From Naegleria gruberi (taxonomy: Eukaryota), in the NCBI GenBank assembly GCA_000004985.1, contig GG738919.1: a stretch of 64,000 bases of DNA; one strand, given 5' to 3'. Each line of letters starts with the position of its first letter. Within the stretch, counting starts at the first letter, position 1. This document shows positions 19,091 to 30,486 of the stretch, piece after piece. The notes under the pieces are model-generated. The model had not been told where the DNA came from. It searched no databases and worked only from the letters and a program-made list of their open reading frames with translations. A program made the translations under genes and the position numbers.

Positions 19091-21295
19091 ATGAACCTAT
19101 TTGCCATTCAGCAAGCTATCATCATAACAAGCCTCATCCTATTATTTAATCATGCTTCAGGAAGTAATGTCTGGCATCATTTAGATGAACAATTTCCAAC
19201 CAATGAATTTCATTTAAGAAGAACAAGACAAAACAATGATAGGAGTATTAGCTCATCCGTTTATTTATCAACTATTAAAAACACGTATCAGAAACAAGAT
19301 GCTTCCTTCCTGTCCTCTATCAAATTACTGTATGGAACTGGCCATTTGCTATTCTTCACCCTAAAGGAGAAGAACATTACAAGAGCTATTGATCTGAATG
19401 ATAGGAAAATAGCTGTAATTTCTCATGAGAATTTTGAAATGTATGATGCTGCTCTACAGTATTACTCACAGAGGAATAATGTAACAATTAGTCCTCAATT
19501 GGTTCATCAATTGGATTATCTTTCTAATGATTGTGTATGGGGAGATCCCATGAATTATTATGATGTTCTAGTAACAGATTTAGAGAGGTTACAATTTATC
19601 ATCCTCTACACCTCAACAAGCTTTACAAAAAAAGAAATAGGTCGATGGAGTGATTACCAAATGATTAGAGAGCTAACTGTACCAACTCTAGTCAAATATA
19701 TTGATAGAGGCATTAGTGACTTTTCTATCACTCTAAAAATGGATTATTTCATTAACAACATGTTAACAAACACAAAGAAAAGTGATTATTTTGATAGTAA
19801 TGTCTATCAGCTACAGTACCTGTATGGAAATGGAGGATTTCTTTCTAAGAATGATCAAGATTTTTTAAATTTCTACTTTCAAACTGGTCCTTTAAGATAC
19901 TATCAAAAGAATGAAACTTTTCAATTCAGTGCGAAATTTAATGGAACTTTGATTCCCCTCAATAATGTTTTCTGTTTTCTTCCAGAAGCGTCTTTTCATT
20001 CTGTTTGTGGTGATATTTCCTATTATAATTACCTTTTAGGTACCGAGGCAATTAATTATGTTGTGATTGTTGTTGGAGCTTTATATTATTTGAGCTTACT
20101 TACAGTTTGTAAAACCAATACTATCAAGAGAAGATTATTGACGCCTTACTTGATTCCAGTTCTTGTCATGTTCAATGCAGGTTTCTACTCTAGATATACT
20201 GACCGTGTATGCCATTCAATGAGAATGGTATTCTTACTAGCAAGCATAGCATTGTTAGTGGGTGTGTATGGCGTTACACTAATGAGATTCTACTATTTAA
20301 GAAATTTGTATTGCATATTGAAAAACATTCCTGAGAGATTTATCAAGTTGAATCGATTTTTATCATCAACTGGATTTGGAATTGTATCTTCACTTGTTTG
20401 TGGATGTGTCTTTGCAACAATTTCTATTATTTATGTTACTACTTACCATTTTACAAGAGAACAACTATTTTCGTATGGATCAGAGGTTGTTTTTACAAGC
20501 ACATTTATGGTCTTGTCATGTGCTTCTTGCCTCTGTGGAATAATAGTTTTTGGTATAGATATTATTGTAAATTGGAGAAAGATCAAAGCAAAAGGCATAA
20601 TACACTTTCTAACATTCGAGGATCCTTATCATGTTCGATTGGATATATTGACTTATGTTTGTGTTATTTTATGCATTTTGGCAATACTCTTTTTTAATGC
20701 TTTCTATAGAACTACGGAGTCATACATGATTCAGACACTTTTTAGATCAATAACCTTTATGTCAGTTTATTTCCTGTGTGGCTGGACAGCAATTATTATG
20801 GAGTGGATTAATTTCTTTAGAAGAAGGAAGAGAGGCCGCTCAACCAATAATTCCAGTGTTTCTCCAGATAAGAGGAGTGAATCAGGCGATGAATCTATCG
20901 AAGAGCTTGTAAAGATTGATGCCTTCTTTGAAATGTTTAAATCATTTAGTGAAAAGGAGTTTTCACTCGAGAATTCCCTACTCTTTGAAAGATTTAAACA
21001 ATTGGAAAGCTCTTCTATTGGTGGAGAAGCCATCCCACCTAGAGAGATTGAAGATCTTTATGATTCATTCTTTAGGCCCTACGCTATTTATGAAGTTAAC
21101 TTTTCATATAAAACAAGGAGGGATATTGAAGCCATTTTTCAGTCCAAGAAGGGCATTTCAATCAATGATTTGAAAGCCATTATTGAATTTGATCTATTGA
21201 TGAATATGAAAGATACATTTGAAAGATTGAGAATGACTGGCGAGTTTAAAAGATGGCATATTTCCAAATCAATTCAATCCATGCAAAGCATTTAA
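19091..21295 (+). CDS. 7TM receptor fused to a C-terminal RGS domain, with a signal peptide. The ORF track starts at a TTG at 19046; the first ATG is at 19091.
   Basis: N-terminal signal MNLFAIQQAIIITSLILLFNHASG. About 7 hydrophobic helices in the middle. C-terminus has RGS signatures FSEKEFSLENSLLFERFKQ ... YEVNFSYKTRRDIE. Confidence 0.75.
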   Translation: MNLFAIQQAIIITSLILLFNHASGSNVWHHLDEQFPTNEFHLRRTRQNNDRSISSSVYLSTIKNTYQKQDASFLSSIKLLYGTGHLLFFTLKEKNITRAIDLNDRKIAVISHENFEMYDAALQYYSQRNNVTISPQLVHQLDYLSNDCVWGDPMNYYDVLVTDLERLQFIILYTSTSFTKKEIGRWSDYQMIRELTVPTLVKYIDRGISDFSITLKMDYFINNMLTNTKKSDYFDSNVYQLQYLYGNGGFLSKNDQDFLNFYFQTGPLRYYQKNETFQFSAKFNGTLIPLNNVFCFLPEASFHSVCGDISYYNYLLGTEAINYVVIVVGALYYLSLLTVCKTNTIKRRLLTPYLIPVLVMFNAGFYSRYTDRVCHSMRMVFLLASIALLVGVYGVTLMRFYYLRNLYCILKNIPERFIKLNRFLSSTGFGIVSSLVCGCVFATISIIYVTTYHFTREQLFSYGSEVVFTSTFMVLSCASCLCGIIVFGIDIIVNWRKIKAKGIIHFLTFEDPYHVRLDILTYVCVILCILAILFFNAFYRTTESYMIQTLFRSITFMSVYFLCGWTAIIMEWINFFRRRKRGRSTNNSSVSPDKRSESGDESIEELVKIDAFFEMFKSFSEKEFSLENSLLFERFKQLESSSIGGEAIPPREIEDLYDSFFRPYAIYEVNFSYKTRRDIEAIFQSKKGISINDLKAIIEFDLLMNMKDTFERLRMTGEFKRWHISKSIQSMQSI

Positions 21296-21327
21296 TAATT
21301 TAACATTTCTTTGTAATTTACACTATT

Positions 21328-22218
21328 TTACAATTTCTTTTTTCTGAAAATTGAAATAAATATGATAATGACACACTTGAACAAACCAATCAACATGAAA
21401 CCATGTGAAATTGCAAAGTACAACATTCTAATCATTTTCATTGACATGTCACCAGTTCCATCATTCTTTCCTCCATAACTTGAAGTGCCTCCCCAAGTAT
21501 ACAGCTCAAATTCATGAATATTAGCTTTTGGATTTCTCTTAATAAAAGACAAGAATGATCCTGCCTTATAACAAAAAGCAGCCAATGCAAGAACAGCTCC
21601 AATTTCATAAATAATAAATCCAACATGAAACATTCCACTGCTCACCTTCTCACCAGTCATGACATAACTCAAAAAGAGCAAGACAACAAGTGTGAGAGGA
21701 ACAAAAACACCCAATGAGAAGAAATGGCCATGAATTAATGATCCCTGTTGATAGGCATAATCTCCAACCTTACTAAATGGAACACTATTCTTTGTCAATT
21801 CTCTAAAAACAAATCCCGATGAAATGGCACACAAAATCATGATACCAATAAACACAATCATATGTTTTCCAATCCTTAAATAATAAGCAGGTATTTGAGT
21901 GTGTAATTGTACCATATCCTTCTTATTGGAATCCGAACAAGATTGATTCTTAAAAGAAGAACAAGAACGTTGATTACTACTAGTAGTTGCTCCTTCCTTT
22001 AACAGCGAATTTTCTTCATCAGATTCCTCATCCAACAATATACTACTACTCTGCTCTGTTGCAGAAGTGTTATTAATACGATTATTCTTTTCTTCTCTTA
22101 TCATCATTAATTCTTCTCCTTCATCATGATCATCTTCAATAGGATTATTATTTGGGAAGGATTTCAAATTTTTAGAGAGTGGATCATCGAGAGTAACGGG
22201 AGAACATTGTTTCGACAT
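21328..22218 (-). CDS. Four-TM membrane protein of unknown function with an acidic, Ser-rich N-terminus.
   Basis: ATG at 22218. Four hydrophobic helices in the C-terminal half. Its stop is 32 bp from the converging 7TM-RGS gene's stop. Confidence 0.5.
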   Translation of the reverse strand: MSKQCSPVTLDDPLSKNLKSFPNNNPIEDDHDEGEELMMIREEKNNRINNTSATEQSSSILLDEESDEENSLLKEGATTSSNQRSCSSFKNQSCSDSNKKDMVQLHTQIPAYYLRIGKHMIVFIGIMILCAISSGFVFRELTKNSVPFSKVGDYAYQQGSLIHGHFFSLGVFVPLTLVVLLFLSYVMTGEKVSSGMFHVGFIIYEIGAVLALAAFCYKAGSFLSFIKRNPKANIHEFELYTWGGTSSYGGKNDGTGDMSMKMIRMLYFAISHGFMLIGLFKCVIIIFISIFRKKKL

Positions 22219-22484
22219 TTTTTTTTGTGGATCTTCTACTGAAAACGGAGTTTTTTTTATGGATTTCGCAGACTATTGTACAAATAAGGTAAAATTTAAA
22301 GTCAATATCATTTTGTTGTGAACAGTTGAGGGTTTACAAAAAACTAAAAAGTTGTAAACTTTTCAGTTGAAGGTAATGAGGTGGATTACGGTTCTTGACT
22401 TTTGTGCTACATGACTGTTTAAGAACCTGAAAGTGCCTTTAAAACCTGTCATTAATCCATTTACAAACAAAATGTCAGTTTTTG

Positions 22485-22874
22485 ATGGCACTGACATTTA
22501 TTATTATATGTCTGTTACTGTTCAATTATAATCCAACCGCTGCCCAGTCAAATGCCAACTTTACTGGAACATCACAGTTTATTCAAACCATTGATTCTGC
22601 CATGAACGAGTTAGCTCAAGACACAAGCTTCTCTTCCTATGTCAGTAACAATCATCCATTCAGTGTTCCAACATGTTTAGGTAAAGTCAACTATCCATCT
22701 AATCCATTCCCATCCACAATGACAGAAATTATCTATTGTACTCATATTCTTCCAGTAGATGAGGATATTTGGTCTCGTCTCTATAAGAAAGTAGGCGATG
22801 GATTGACAGCAAAGATCAATGCAAAGTATAAATTGAATTTAAAGGCTAAATACATTGGAATTTATACTTCCTAA
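22485..22874 (+). CDS. Small secreted protein, hypothetical. First ATG at 22485; the ORF track starts at a TTG at 22482.
   Basis: Signal peptide MALTFIIICLLLFNYNPTAAQ. Confidence 0.4.
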   Translation: MALTFIIICLLLFNYNPTAAQSNANFTGTSQFIQTIDSAMNELAQDTSFSSYVSNNHPFSVPTCLGKVNYPSNPFPSTMTEIIYCTHILPVDEDIWSRLYKKVGDGLTAKINAKYKLNLKAKYIGIYTS

Positions 22875-23285
22875 CAATCTTATCTTTCAATTTTGGATCA
22901 AAATAAATGGTTTTAACCAACTCCTCAATGAAATTATTTGAAATATTCACATCAACAAACGAACACTGTTGGATCATTTGAATACACTCCACAGAATGGA
23001 GATTAATGGTAAATGTTTTCAATTTTGGATACAAGTCGTGTATGGAATAAAGTATTTTCAACGAGTTCCTTAATAAATCTTCTGAAATCGAGAAATCTTT
23101 AACTTCTTGTAACGACACAACTAACCCACGTAATCAAGGTAGGAGAAAATTTCATGAAGAATTTCTTCAAGGTAGATTTGCAAGCATTTAATATGGCATA
23201 TTAATTTTGGCGGTAAAGTTTTTCATTGATTAAGGGAGACAAATTTGTGGAAATTAAAGAAGAATTTATTGAATAGAATGCATAT

Positions 23286-25667
23286 TTATTGTAATATTAA
23301 TATAAAATAAATAACAATCATGCCAATTGTCATTGCCATATTTGTAAATCCATTGTAAATACTCAATGCTGATCCAAGAACCATTGAATTGACTCCTCTC
23401 TTTGAGCTAAAAGTTGAAGGTTGAGGTAAAACTCTATCTCCACATCTCTCACCTCCAAATCCACTCTTACATGAACAAGTATTGATGGAAGTGCAATTTC
23501 CATTTCCGGAACATGCTAATGGATCATTGTAAAGAGTTCCAAAACAGAGTGGAAGACAAAAAGTGTTGGTTTCATCGGTGAGAGAGTTGGCTGGACAAGC
23601 TTGTTTGGAAATCTTGAGAATACGATTGGAGAAACCACCTGAAACTAACAAATCTCCTTTTGGAGTAAATGAAAGACCTGTAGCACTCATAAAAATGGTT
23701 GTTGCATCAGAATATGATTCAGGAATGCTACTGTTTTTGCTTCCAAAGATTGTTACCAGAATTCCCTTTGAAGTAATCTTTCGAATATTGTTTCCATCTG
23801 AGAAGAAAACTTCTCCCTCTTTTGAAACAGCAACCGATGAAGGATATCCAATTCCAGTACTTGTAGCAATTCCAAAATCTTCACCAACAGTGCTGTCTCC
23901 ATTACCTGCCACTGTTGTAATATTACCATTCTTAGAGAGCTTTCTAATGAGATAATTATCATAATCAGCAATATACAAATCACCATTTGGAGCCAGTGCG
24001 ATATCTTGTGGACCACTGAACTTTGTCTTTGTTGCCAATCCATCACCATTGAACCCACCATCTTCCAACACTCCAGCAATGATACTCATCACTCCATTTG
24101 TAGAAATCTTTCGAATAACATGACTCGATCTATCAGCCACCAACAACTCACCACTCTCTGTCAAAATTACAGCTTGAGGAGAACCCAAACCACTCACAAC
24201 TGTATCAACAGTTCCATTCGATGCAAAAATCCTTCTAATTGCTCCATTAAACAAATCTGCAATGAAAATATCACCATTTTTGGAACATGCAATTCTGGTT
24301 GGTTCGTTGAACTTGGCCAACTTGGCATCTGATCCATCACCACTATAGCCATGGTCACCTGTGCCGGCGTATTGTGAGATAATACCATTTGGGGAGATTT
24401 TTCTGATTTTGTGATAGGCACTTTCGGCTATGAAAGTTTCGTCTAGAATGTTTGTGCAGGCATGTTTAGGATAGTAGACAAAGGCTTGTTGGCTGTTGTA
24501 GCCATCTCCTGTAAACTTTTTAACATCTCCAGTAAAGTCTGGTTTGAGGGTGAGAGTGATACTATTTCCTTTAGTGTCAACCTTTCGAATATACAAGTTT
24601 CCATTATCTGCAATAAACATTTCGCCCAAGCTTGATAGAGCAACACTGGTTGGAGCAGAAAGAAGGGCTGAAGTTGCAGGAACGTTTTCATCTTCTCTGC
24701 TATAACCACTACTATTTGGGACTCCAGCAACTGTTGAAATAATTCCACTTTTCGAAACCTTTCGAATAAGGGAATTCAAAGTATCAGCAATATAGACCTC
24801 ACCAGTGGATTCATAAAAGAAAACACCATAAGGTGTGTTCAGTAGAGCTTGCTTTGCTTGAGAACCATCTCCTCCATAACCATTTATGGTTCCATTTCCA
24901 GCAAAAGTGGAAATTATTCCATTTGCATCAATCTTTCGAATAACGTGATTCTTTGAATCGGCAATATACAATTCACCAGTTGAACTAATTGACAAACCAA
25001 TTGGACTATTCAATTGTGCTGTTTTGGCATTTCCGCCATCACCAGAAAATCCTTCTTCACCATTTCCAGCTATTGTTGAAATATTACCATTTAGAGAAAT
25101 CTTTCTAATCACATGATTTGATTTATCAGCAATATAAACTTCACCATTCGATGCTACTGCAACACCAGTTGGAGTATTCAATCTTGCACGAGTTGCCAAA
25201 CCATTGTCTCCACTGTAACCCAAGTCACCCTTCATTCCTGCCACAATTGTTTGAATTCCCTTCGAATTTAATCTAACAATGACACCTCCTACTGGATCAC
25301 TAATGAGCAAATCATTGGAATTTGGATAGAGAGCAACACCTCCTGGTTGAAACTCCAAATCCTTCGTTAAAGTTGTAATTCCACTCACAGTATCCAACAT
25401 TCTAATCTTGGTCATGCTATCCTCAGTCATGTAGAGAATATTACTCGAGGCAGAGATGGCAAACATGTTGGGACGAGAGAATACGAAAGAGGATGGTATA
25501 TTACTTCCCTCCTTCTCACCAGCAACCACAACTGAAACATTGTACTTGATAGCTGTCAGTTGTGCATTCACTACTGCACAAAGGAGAAACAAGAGAATCG
25601 CAATATGACAGCAGACTTTGTGAATCTGATTGGTTTGCATGTTTTTTTTTGAAATGTGTCTTTCCAT
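23286..25667 (-). CDS. NHL-repeat / EGF-like / single-TM surface protein, 793 aa.
   Basis: Many NHL repeats (YIADxxNHVIRKI). C-terminal EGF-like CSGNGNCTSINTCSCKSGFGGERC, then TM MAMTIGMIVIYFILIL. Signal peptide after the second Met. Confidence 0.8.
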   Translation of the reverse strand: MERHISKKNMQTNQIHKVCCHIAILLFLLCAVVNAQLTAIKYNVSVVVAGEKEGSNIPSSFVFSRPNMFAISASSNILYMTEDSMTKIRMLDTVSGITTLTKDLEFQPGGVALYPNSNDLLISDPVGGVIVRLNSKGIQTIVAGMKGDLGYSGDNGLATRARLNTPTGVAVASNGEVYIADKSNHVIRKISLNGNISTIAGNGEEGFSGDGGNAKTAQLNSPIGLSISSTGELYIADSKNHVIRKIDANGIISTFAGNGTINGYGGDGSQAKQALLNTPYGVFFYESTGEVYIADTLNSLIRKVSKSGIISTVAGVPNSSGYSREDENVPATSALLSAPTSVALSSLGEMFIADNGNLYIRKVDTKGNSITLTLKPDFTGDVKKFTGDGYNSQQAFVYYPKHACTNILDETFIAESAYHKIRKISPNGIISQYAGTGDHGYSGDGSDAKLAKFNEPTRIACSKNGDIFIADLFNGAIRRIFASNGTVDTVVSGLGSPQAVILTESGELLVADRSSHVIRKISTNGVMSIIAGVLEDGGFNGDGLATKTKFSGPQDIALAPNGDLYIADYDNYLIRKLSKNGNITTVAGNGDSTVGEDFGIATSTGIGYPSSVAVSKEGEVFFSDGNNIRKITSKGILVTIFGSKNSSIPESYSDATTIFMSATGLSFTPKGDLLVSGGFSNRILKISKQACPANSLTDETNTFCLPLCFGTLYNDPLACSGNGNCTSINTCSCKSGFGGERCGDRVLPQPSTFSSKRGVNSMVLGSALSIYNGFTNMAMTIGMIVIYFILILQ

Positions 25668-25925
25668 TTTCTCTACCGGATTAGTATATCCGATGAAATG
25701 GAAAGCTTACTGTATGGTGGTAGTGTCACATTGAACGAATGCTTTTTTCCAAATAAGTATATGGACAAACCACAGTAGAATGTTTGAATCGTTCAATATT
25801 CACGCACTGGAAGTAAAGTCTTCATCTATCAGTAATGGATTCTAGTTTAAAATTTGAATGTTGATGAATGGTCTAGTTGACTATGTTGTGTTTTCATTTT
25901 ACAAGATTTAGACAAATATTAAAAA

Positions 25926-28391
25926 ATGAACAAATCTTGTGTAACAGTTGTGCTTTTTTACTGCATCTGTTTATTGGGTTTCTTATTGCATGTTAAAGCA
26001 GAGCAATACGAAACCTCTGAAAATCCAAATTTTTCTATTCGTTACAATCTCACACTTGTTACTGGAAATGGTGATAAGAGAGGAACAGGCGTTCCTTACA
26101 GTATTGTAATGACAAGACCTGTGGGATTGGCATATTCTCAAAAGAGGAACACTATTTATCTTTCTGAAGGTAATTTGATGAGAAAACTTGACTTGACAAC
26201 TGGCATGACTTATATATTTGCAAATGTTGAAAATCCTGGTTTGCTTGCTTTCTCTCCTAATGAAACAACTCTCTACGTATGCTTCCCACTCTCAAATAAG
26301 GTTCAAAGAATGGACTTTCTTCCAAATGGAACCGAAATCTTTTCAGATTTTGCTGGAAATGGAAATTCTGGAAATACAGGTGAAGGTGGCTTGGCTATTA
26401 ATGCTCAATTGAATCAACCAAGTGGTGTAGCAGTTGATTCAAATGGTGATGTTTACATTTCAGATTCTGGAAATGGTTTAATCAGAAAGGTTTCCATCTC
26501 TTCAGGAATAATTACAAAATTTGCTGGAACAAGTCAAGGATTTGCAGGAGATGGTGGTTTGGCAAAGAATGCCAAGTTGAGTAATCCAAGAGGATTGAAT
26601 TTTGGTCCAAATGGTGATTTGTACATTGCAGATTCTGATAATAATGTGGTGAGAAGAATTAATTCGAGTGGAATTATTACAACCATTGCAGGTGATACCA
26701 CATCAGGTTATTCTGGAGATGGAGGTGATGCTAAATTGGCAAAGATGAAAAATCCAATCAATGTTATTGTCTCAAAAACTAATGAAATATTCATTAGTGA
26801 TGCAGATAATAATGTTATTAGAAAGGTTTCCAATGGAAATATTTCAACAATTGCTGGTAATGAATTGGTGGGTTCTGGATTCAGTGGAGATGGAGGAGAT
26901 TCTAAAAACGCATTGATTTCCATGGTACAAGGATTTGTATGGATCAATGATGAGTTGGTATTTGGAGATTTGGTAAATTCTATTAGAAAGATCAGTAAGA
27001 GTGGAATCATTTCATCCCTCACACAAAAACTTCCATTCACTGGTGATGGTGTTAATGTAGATTTGAGTTTTATACTCTATCCTAAAGGTATTTGTGTGAA
27101 TGAGAATACAGGTGATATTATTTTTTCAGAAGCTTATGGAGATACTATTCGAAAGATTGCCAAGAATAGAATAATTACAAAAATAGCAGGTATTGGAAGT
27201 GCCAATAATTCTGCTGGAGTTGAAAATGGGCAAGCGCTCTCTGTTTCTCTTCATATGCCAAGTCTTATTCAATGTCAACCAAATGGTGATGTTTATGTTG
27301 CTGATTATTTCTCCAATCTCATTCGTTTAGTTTCGACCAATGGCAGTATAACGAATGTTGCTGGAACTGGTGTTGGGGGATACAGTGGAGATGGTGGTAA
27401 TGCTAAATTAGCCAAATTGAATGCACCTAATTCAGTCAAAGTTTCTTCCAGTGATGAAATTGTTATTGCAGACACTTCCAATAATGTTATTCGAAAGGTT
27501 TTCAAAAATGGAACAATTATTACAATTGCTGGTACTATTGGAAGTCAGGGATACAGTGGAGACAATGGTCTAGCAATTAGTTCAGTTCTTTCCAGCCCAT
27601 CAGATGTTGCTATTGCACCAAATGGTGAGGTATTCATTGCCGATTGGGGAAACCATGTTATTCGAAAGATTGATACTAAAGGTATCATTACAACAATTGT
27701 AGGCAATGGCACAGAAGGTAATGGTGGTGAGGGATTTAATAGACCTCTAACTGCTCAATTGAAATTTCCAAAATCAATCTCACTTTCGAAAGATGGAGAA
27801 TTGTTCATTTCAGATTACAATGGAATTAAGAAATTAACAGTGAAAGGAACAATTGCTCATATTGCTGGAGTTGGAGATGATAGATATGTTCCTCTAACTC
27901 AAAATTACCTCTCAGATGCCACAACTGCCTCAGTTTTCACAGATCAAATTCACATCATGTCAAATGGTGATTTGATTATTGGCATTGGAAATGGTTATGA
28001 CAATGGCAAGATCTACAAGCTATCCAAACTCACTTGCACCCAACCAAACTATTCTCCAGACAGCACCAACACTTTCTGTCTCCCTTCATGTTTTGGTTTG
28101 ATTGCTGACAGCAACAATATCTGCTCAGGAAATGGTTCATGCATTTCGACCAATACCTGCCAATGCAAGCCAGGATATACTGGAGCCCAATGTCAATCTC
28201 GTATTGAACCAACCATTTCCAAACAACCAGCCTACCCTCTCACAAGTAGCTCCTCAATTCTTCCTCAAAAATCGAAAGGAGTGATTGGAGGAAATTCCAA
28301 TCCACGTGGAGTTGCTTCGAGTGTTTGCGTTGGAATGAAAATTTCTGGAATTTTGTTGATTTTATGGGTCGTTCTGATGTTTTGCTTTTAA
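25926..28391 (+). CDS. NHL-repeat / EGF-like / single-TM surface protein, 821 aa. Paralog of 23286..25667, divergently transcribed.
   Basis: Signal peptide MNKSCVTVVLFYCICLLGFLLHVKA. Repeated DxxGxxYIxDxxNNxIRKV NHL motifs. EGF-like CSGNGSCISTNTCQCKPGYTGAQC. C-terminal TM GILLILWVVLMFCF. Confidence 0.8.
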   Translation: MNKSCVTVVLFYCICLLGFLLHVKAEQYETSENPNFSIRYNLTLVTGNGDKRGTGVPYSIVMTRPVGLAYSQKRNTIYLSEGNLMRKLDLTTGMTYIFANVENPGLLAFSPNETTLYVCFPLSNKVQRMDFLPNGTEIFSDFAGNGNSGNTGEGGLAINAQLNQPSGVAVDSNGDVYISDSGNGLIRKVSISSGIITKFAGTSQGFAGDGGLAKNAKLSNPRGLNFGPNGDLYIADSDNNVVRRINSSGIITTIAGDTTSGYSGDGGDAKLAKMKNPINVIVSKTNEIFISDADNNVIRKVSNGNISTIAGNELVGSGFSGDGGDSKNALISMVQGFVWINDELVFGDLVNSIRKISKSGIISSLTQKLPFTGDGVNVDLSFILYPKGICVNENTGDIIFSEAYGDTIRKIAKNRIITKIAGIGSANNSAGVENGQALSVSLHMPSLIQCQPNGDVYVADYFSNLIRLVSTNGSITNVAGTGVGGYSGDGGNAKLAKLNAPNSVKVSSSDEIVIADTSNNVIRKVFKNGTIITIAGTIGSQGYSGDNGLAISSVLSSPSDVAIAPNGEVFIADWGNHVIRKIDTKGIITTIVGNGTEGNGGEGFNRPLTAQLKFPKSISLSKDGELFISDYNGIKKLTVKGTIAHIAGVGDDRYVPLTQNYLSDATTASVFTDQIHIMSNGDLIIGIGNGYDNGKIYKLSKLTCTQPNYSPDSTNTFCLPSCFGLIADSNNICSGNGSCISTNTCQCKPGYTGAQCQSRIEPTISKQPAYPLTSSSSILPQKSKGVIGGNSNPRGVASSVCVGMKISGILLILWVVLMFCF

Positions 28392-29094
28392 TTGTGTTGA
28401 ATTTGCATGATAATAAAGAATTGTTGTAAGAATCTTGTTGTGGTTTACAATAGGTAGGAGTGACAGAGCTGTAATGATGAGGAGTTTAATTTGTCTTTAT
28501 AAGGCAATGTGGGACATATACAAACTTACAATATTTTGGTTATGAAATTGACACAATCAAGGAAATTTGTGTTCCAATTCATTACCTTTCTGTCTTTTCA
28601 CCTCAATAGAAAAATATCAAAATCAAATCTATTCGAAAGCTTATATTTTGTATAAACTTAACAACTTTCGTGTTGAGGTTCTTTCAGTGACTATGTTAAA
28701 AATCCGCAAAATATCCATTTCATCTGAGCTCCAACATATCTCTGTAATAAATTCTTCATTTTTATAGTTTTCACTTGGAAGAGGAATTGAAATTGGAATA
28801 ATTGCGCTTTCGAATGGTCTTTCGCAATAATTCATGTAAAATATTGGGTATTGAGCCTCTTAAACAAACTAAACACTGCAAGATATGATTCTACAGATCC
28901 AAACAATGTTTAAACATCTTTCGGCTAGAGTTTCGGGCAATGTTTTTATGTTCAATGTTGGAAACTCTCGAGTTCGACCTTCAGTTCGAAAGGTGAAAAA
29001 ACAACGCTTGTCAGTCCACTTCTAAATACCAACTTTAAAAAAAAGAAACTTCTTAACTACGCACAACCTATCTAGTTTCGTTTAGTGTTTAGTT

Positions 29095-30393
29095 ATGGTT
29101 GCCATCATTAATACGCCAACAATAGACGAAACGAAGAATAATTTCAATAATTCTTCATCAGTAGCAGCTGCCTCAGCTATTACAACATATTTCAACAATA
29201 ATAATATTGGAAACGTTTCGAATAACATGTTAGTGCCCAACAAAACAACAAAACATTGAATTAGTAACGGCTTCACAAGATGATAGTATTAATAACAATT
29301 CTTTACAAACAATAACACCGCTCTATCAACAACATGGAAATTCTTCGATAGGTGTGGAAAGTAACGTTTCGTCTACTTTAGTTCAACCAATTCAACAAGA
29401 AAGCGAGAGTATCCAACAAATGATTTCGAATTTTAAATTGCGCCCATTAAGAGTTTACCAACAAGAACAAGAAAGAATGGAAAATCGTCAAGTTTCGTCA
29501 CATGCTCCTCAAAATTCCTCATCGTCGAGCTCTAGATTACAATTAGTTTCGCCTTCCCCTAATAATAGCCTTCTAATGTTCCTTCACTTACAAATTCTCC
29601 GCAAGTTAATAGTATTTCAACTGTTATCATTCCATCTAATAATCATCAAACTCTAGTTTCGAATAATTCCTCAACAAATCAAGCTAATGAAAATCCAATT
29701 CAAGTAGTTTATAGTGAAACAAATCAGCAACAATTTGATGATTCACAAGGATTGTTGGGTTCTTTTGATATTTCCTCAGATTCTACTAGTGGAAAGAATG
29801 GTCAATCGAATATCAAGTCATTTGTCAAAGCTGCCTTATTAATTTTCCACATTATTTGTCAAATTGTAATGAGTGGCATGATTGGTATTTCATTCATTCT
29901 ATACGATTGGAAAACCATGATCATTTTCACTCCCAAAATTGTCATTGGATTTCTAATAATTTTGGCAGTTTACAAAAAGAAGAATGGTTTCTTACATTTT
30001 CTATTAGGAAGCATCCTTTTAGATTTGATTTACACCACCATTTTGGTTGGTCTGAGGTTTTATGTAACAGCCAGACCTGGACAAGTTACTTTTCTGACAC
30101 AGGAATCGAATAATGCATTTACTGAACTTTCTAAGAATCCAATAGAGTTAGCACCAAATCATGTGCTTGTCCACACTCCAGAATGGACACACTCAAGTGT
30201 TGAATGGATTAAGGCAGCTACCCCAATTCCAGAATCACCAAATGAGCACACTGATATGCAAGGAACAAGTGCTGCAACTGAAGCTCAAAGGAAAAAGCTT
30301 CCTGGCTTGTGGTTTCAATTCGGAATTCAAATTATGGGCGGATTTATTGTTCTCCTGACAATAATATGGACACTCATAGTTGGTCAACAGTAA
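29095..30393 (+). pseudogene. N/S/Q-rich low-complexity protein with a C-terminal 4-TM domain. The reading frame is interrupted by two compensating 1-nt frameshifts (near 29235-29256 and 29560-29575). A pseudogene, or sequence errors in homopolymer runs.
   Basis: Three protein-like segments: frame 1 from ATG 29095 to TGA 29257, frame 2 from 29234 to 29656, frame 1 from 29569 to 30393. The rare GTT-TCG (Val-Ser) codon pair recurs in frame in all three segments. The ORF 29752..30393 has no ATG before residue 40. Confidence 0.45.
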
Positions 30394-30486
30394 ATAACCA
30401 TTCAATATTATTAAACATTTATTACAAAAACTTATTATTATTGAATACATTCAAATATGTAAAAAATTATCTCCACAACTTAAAGA

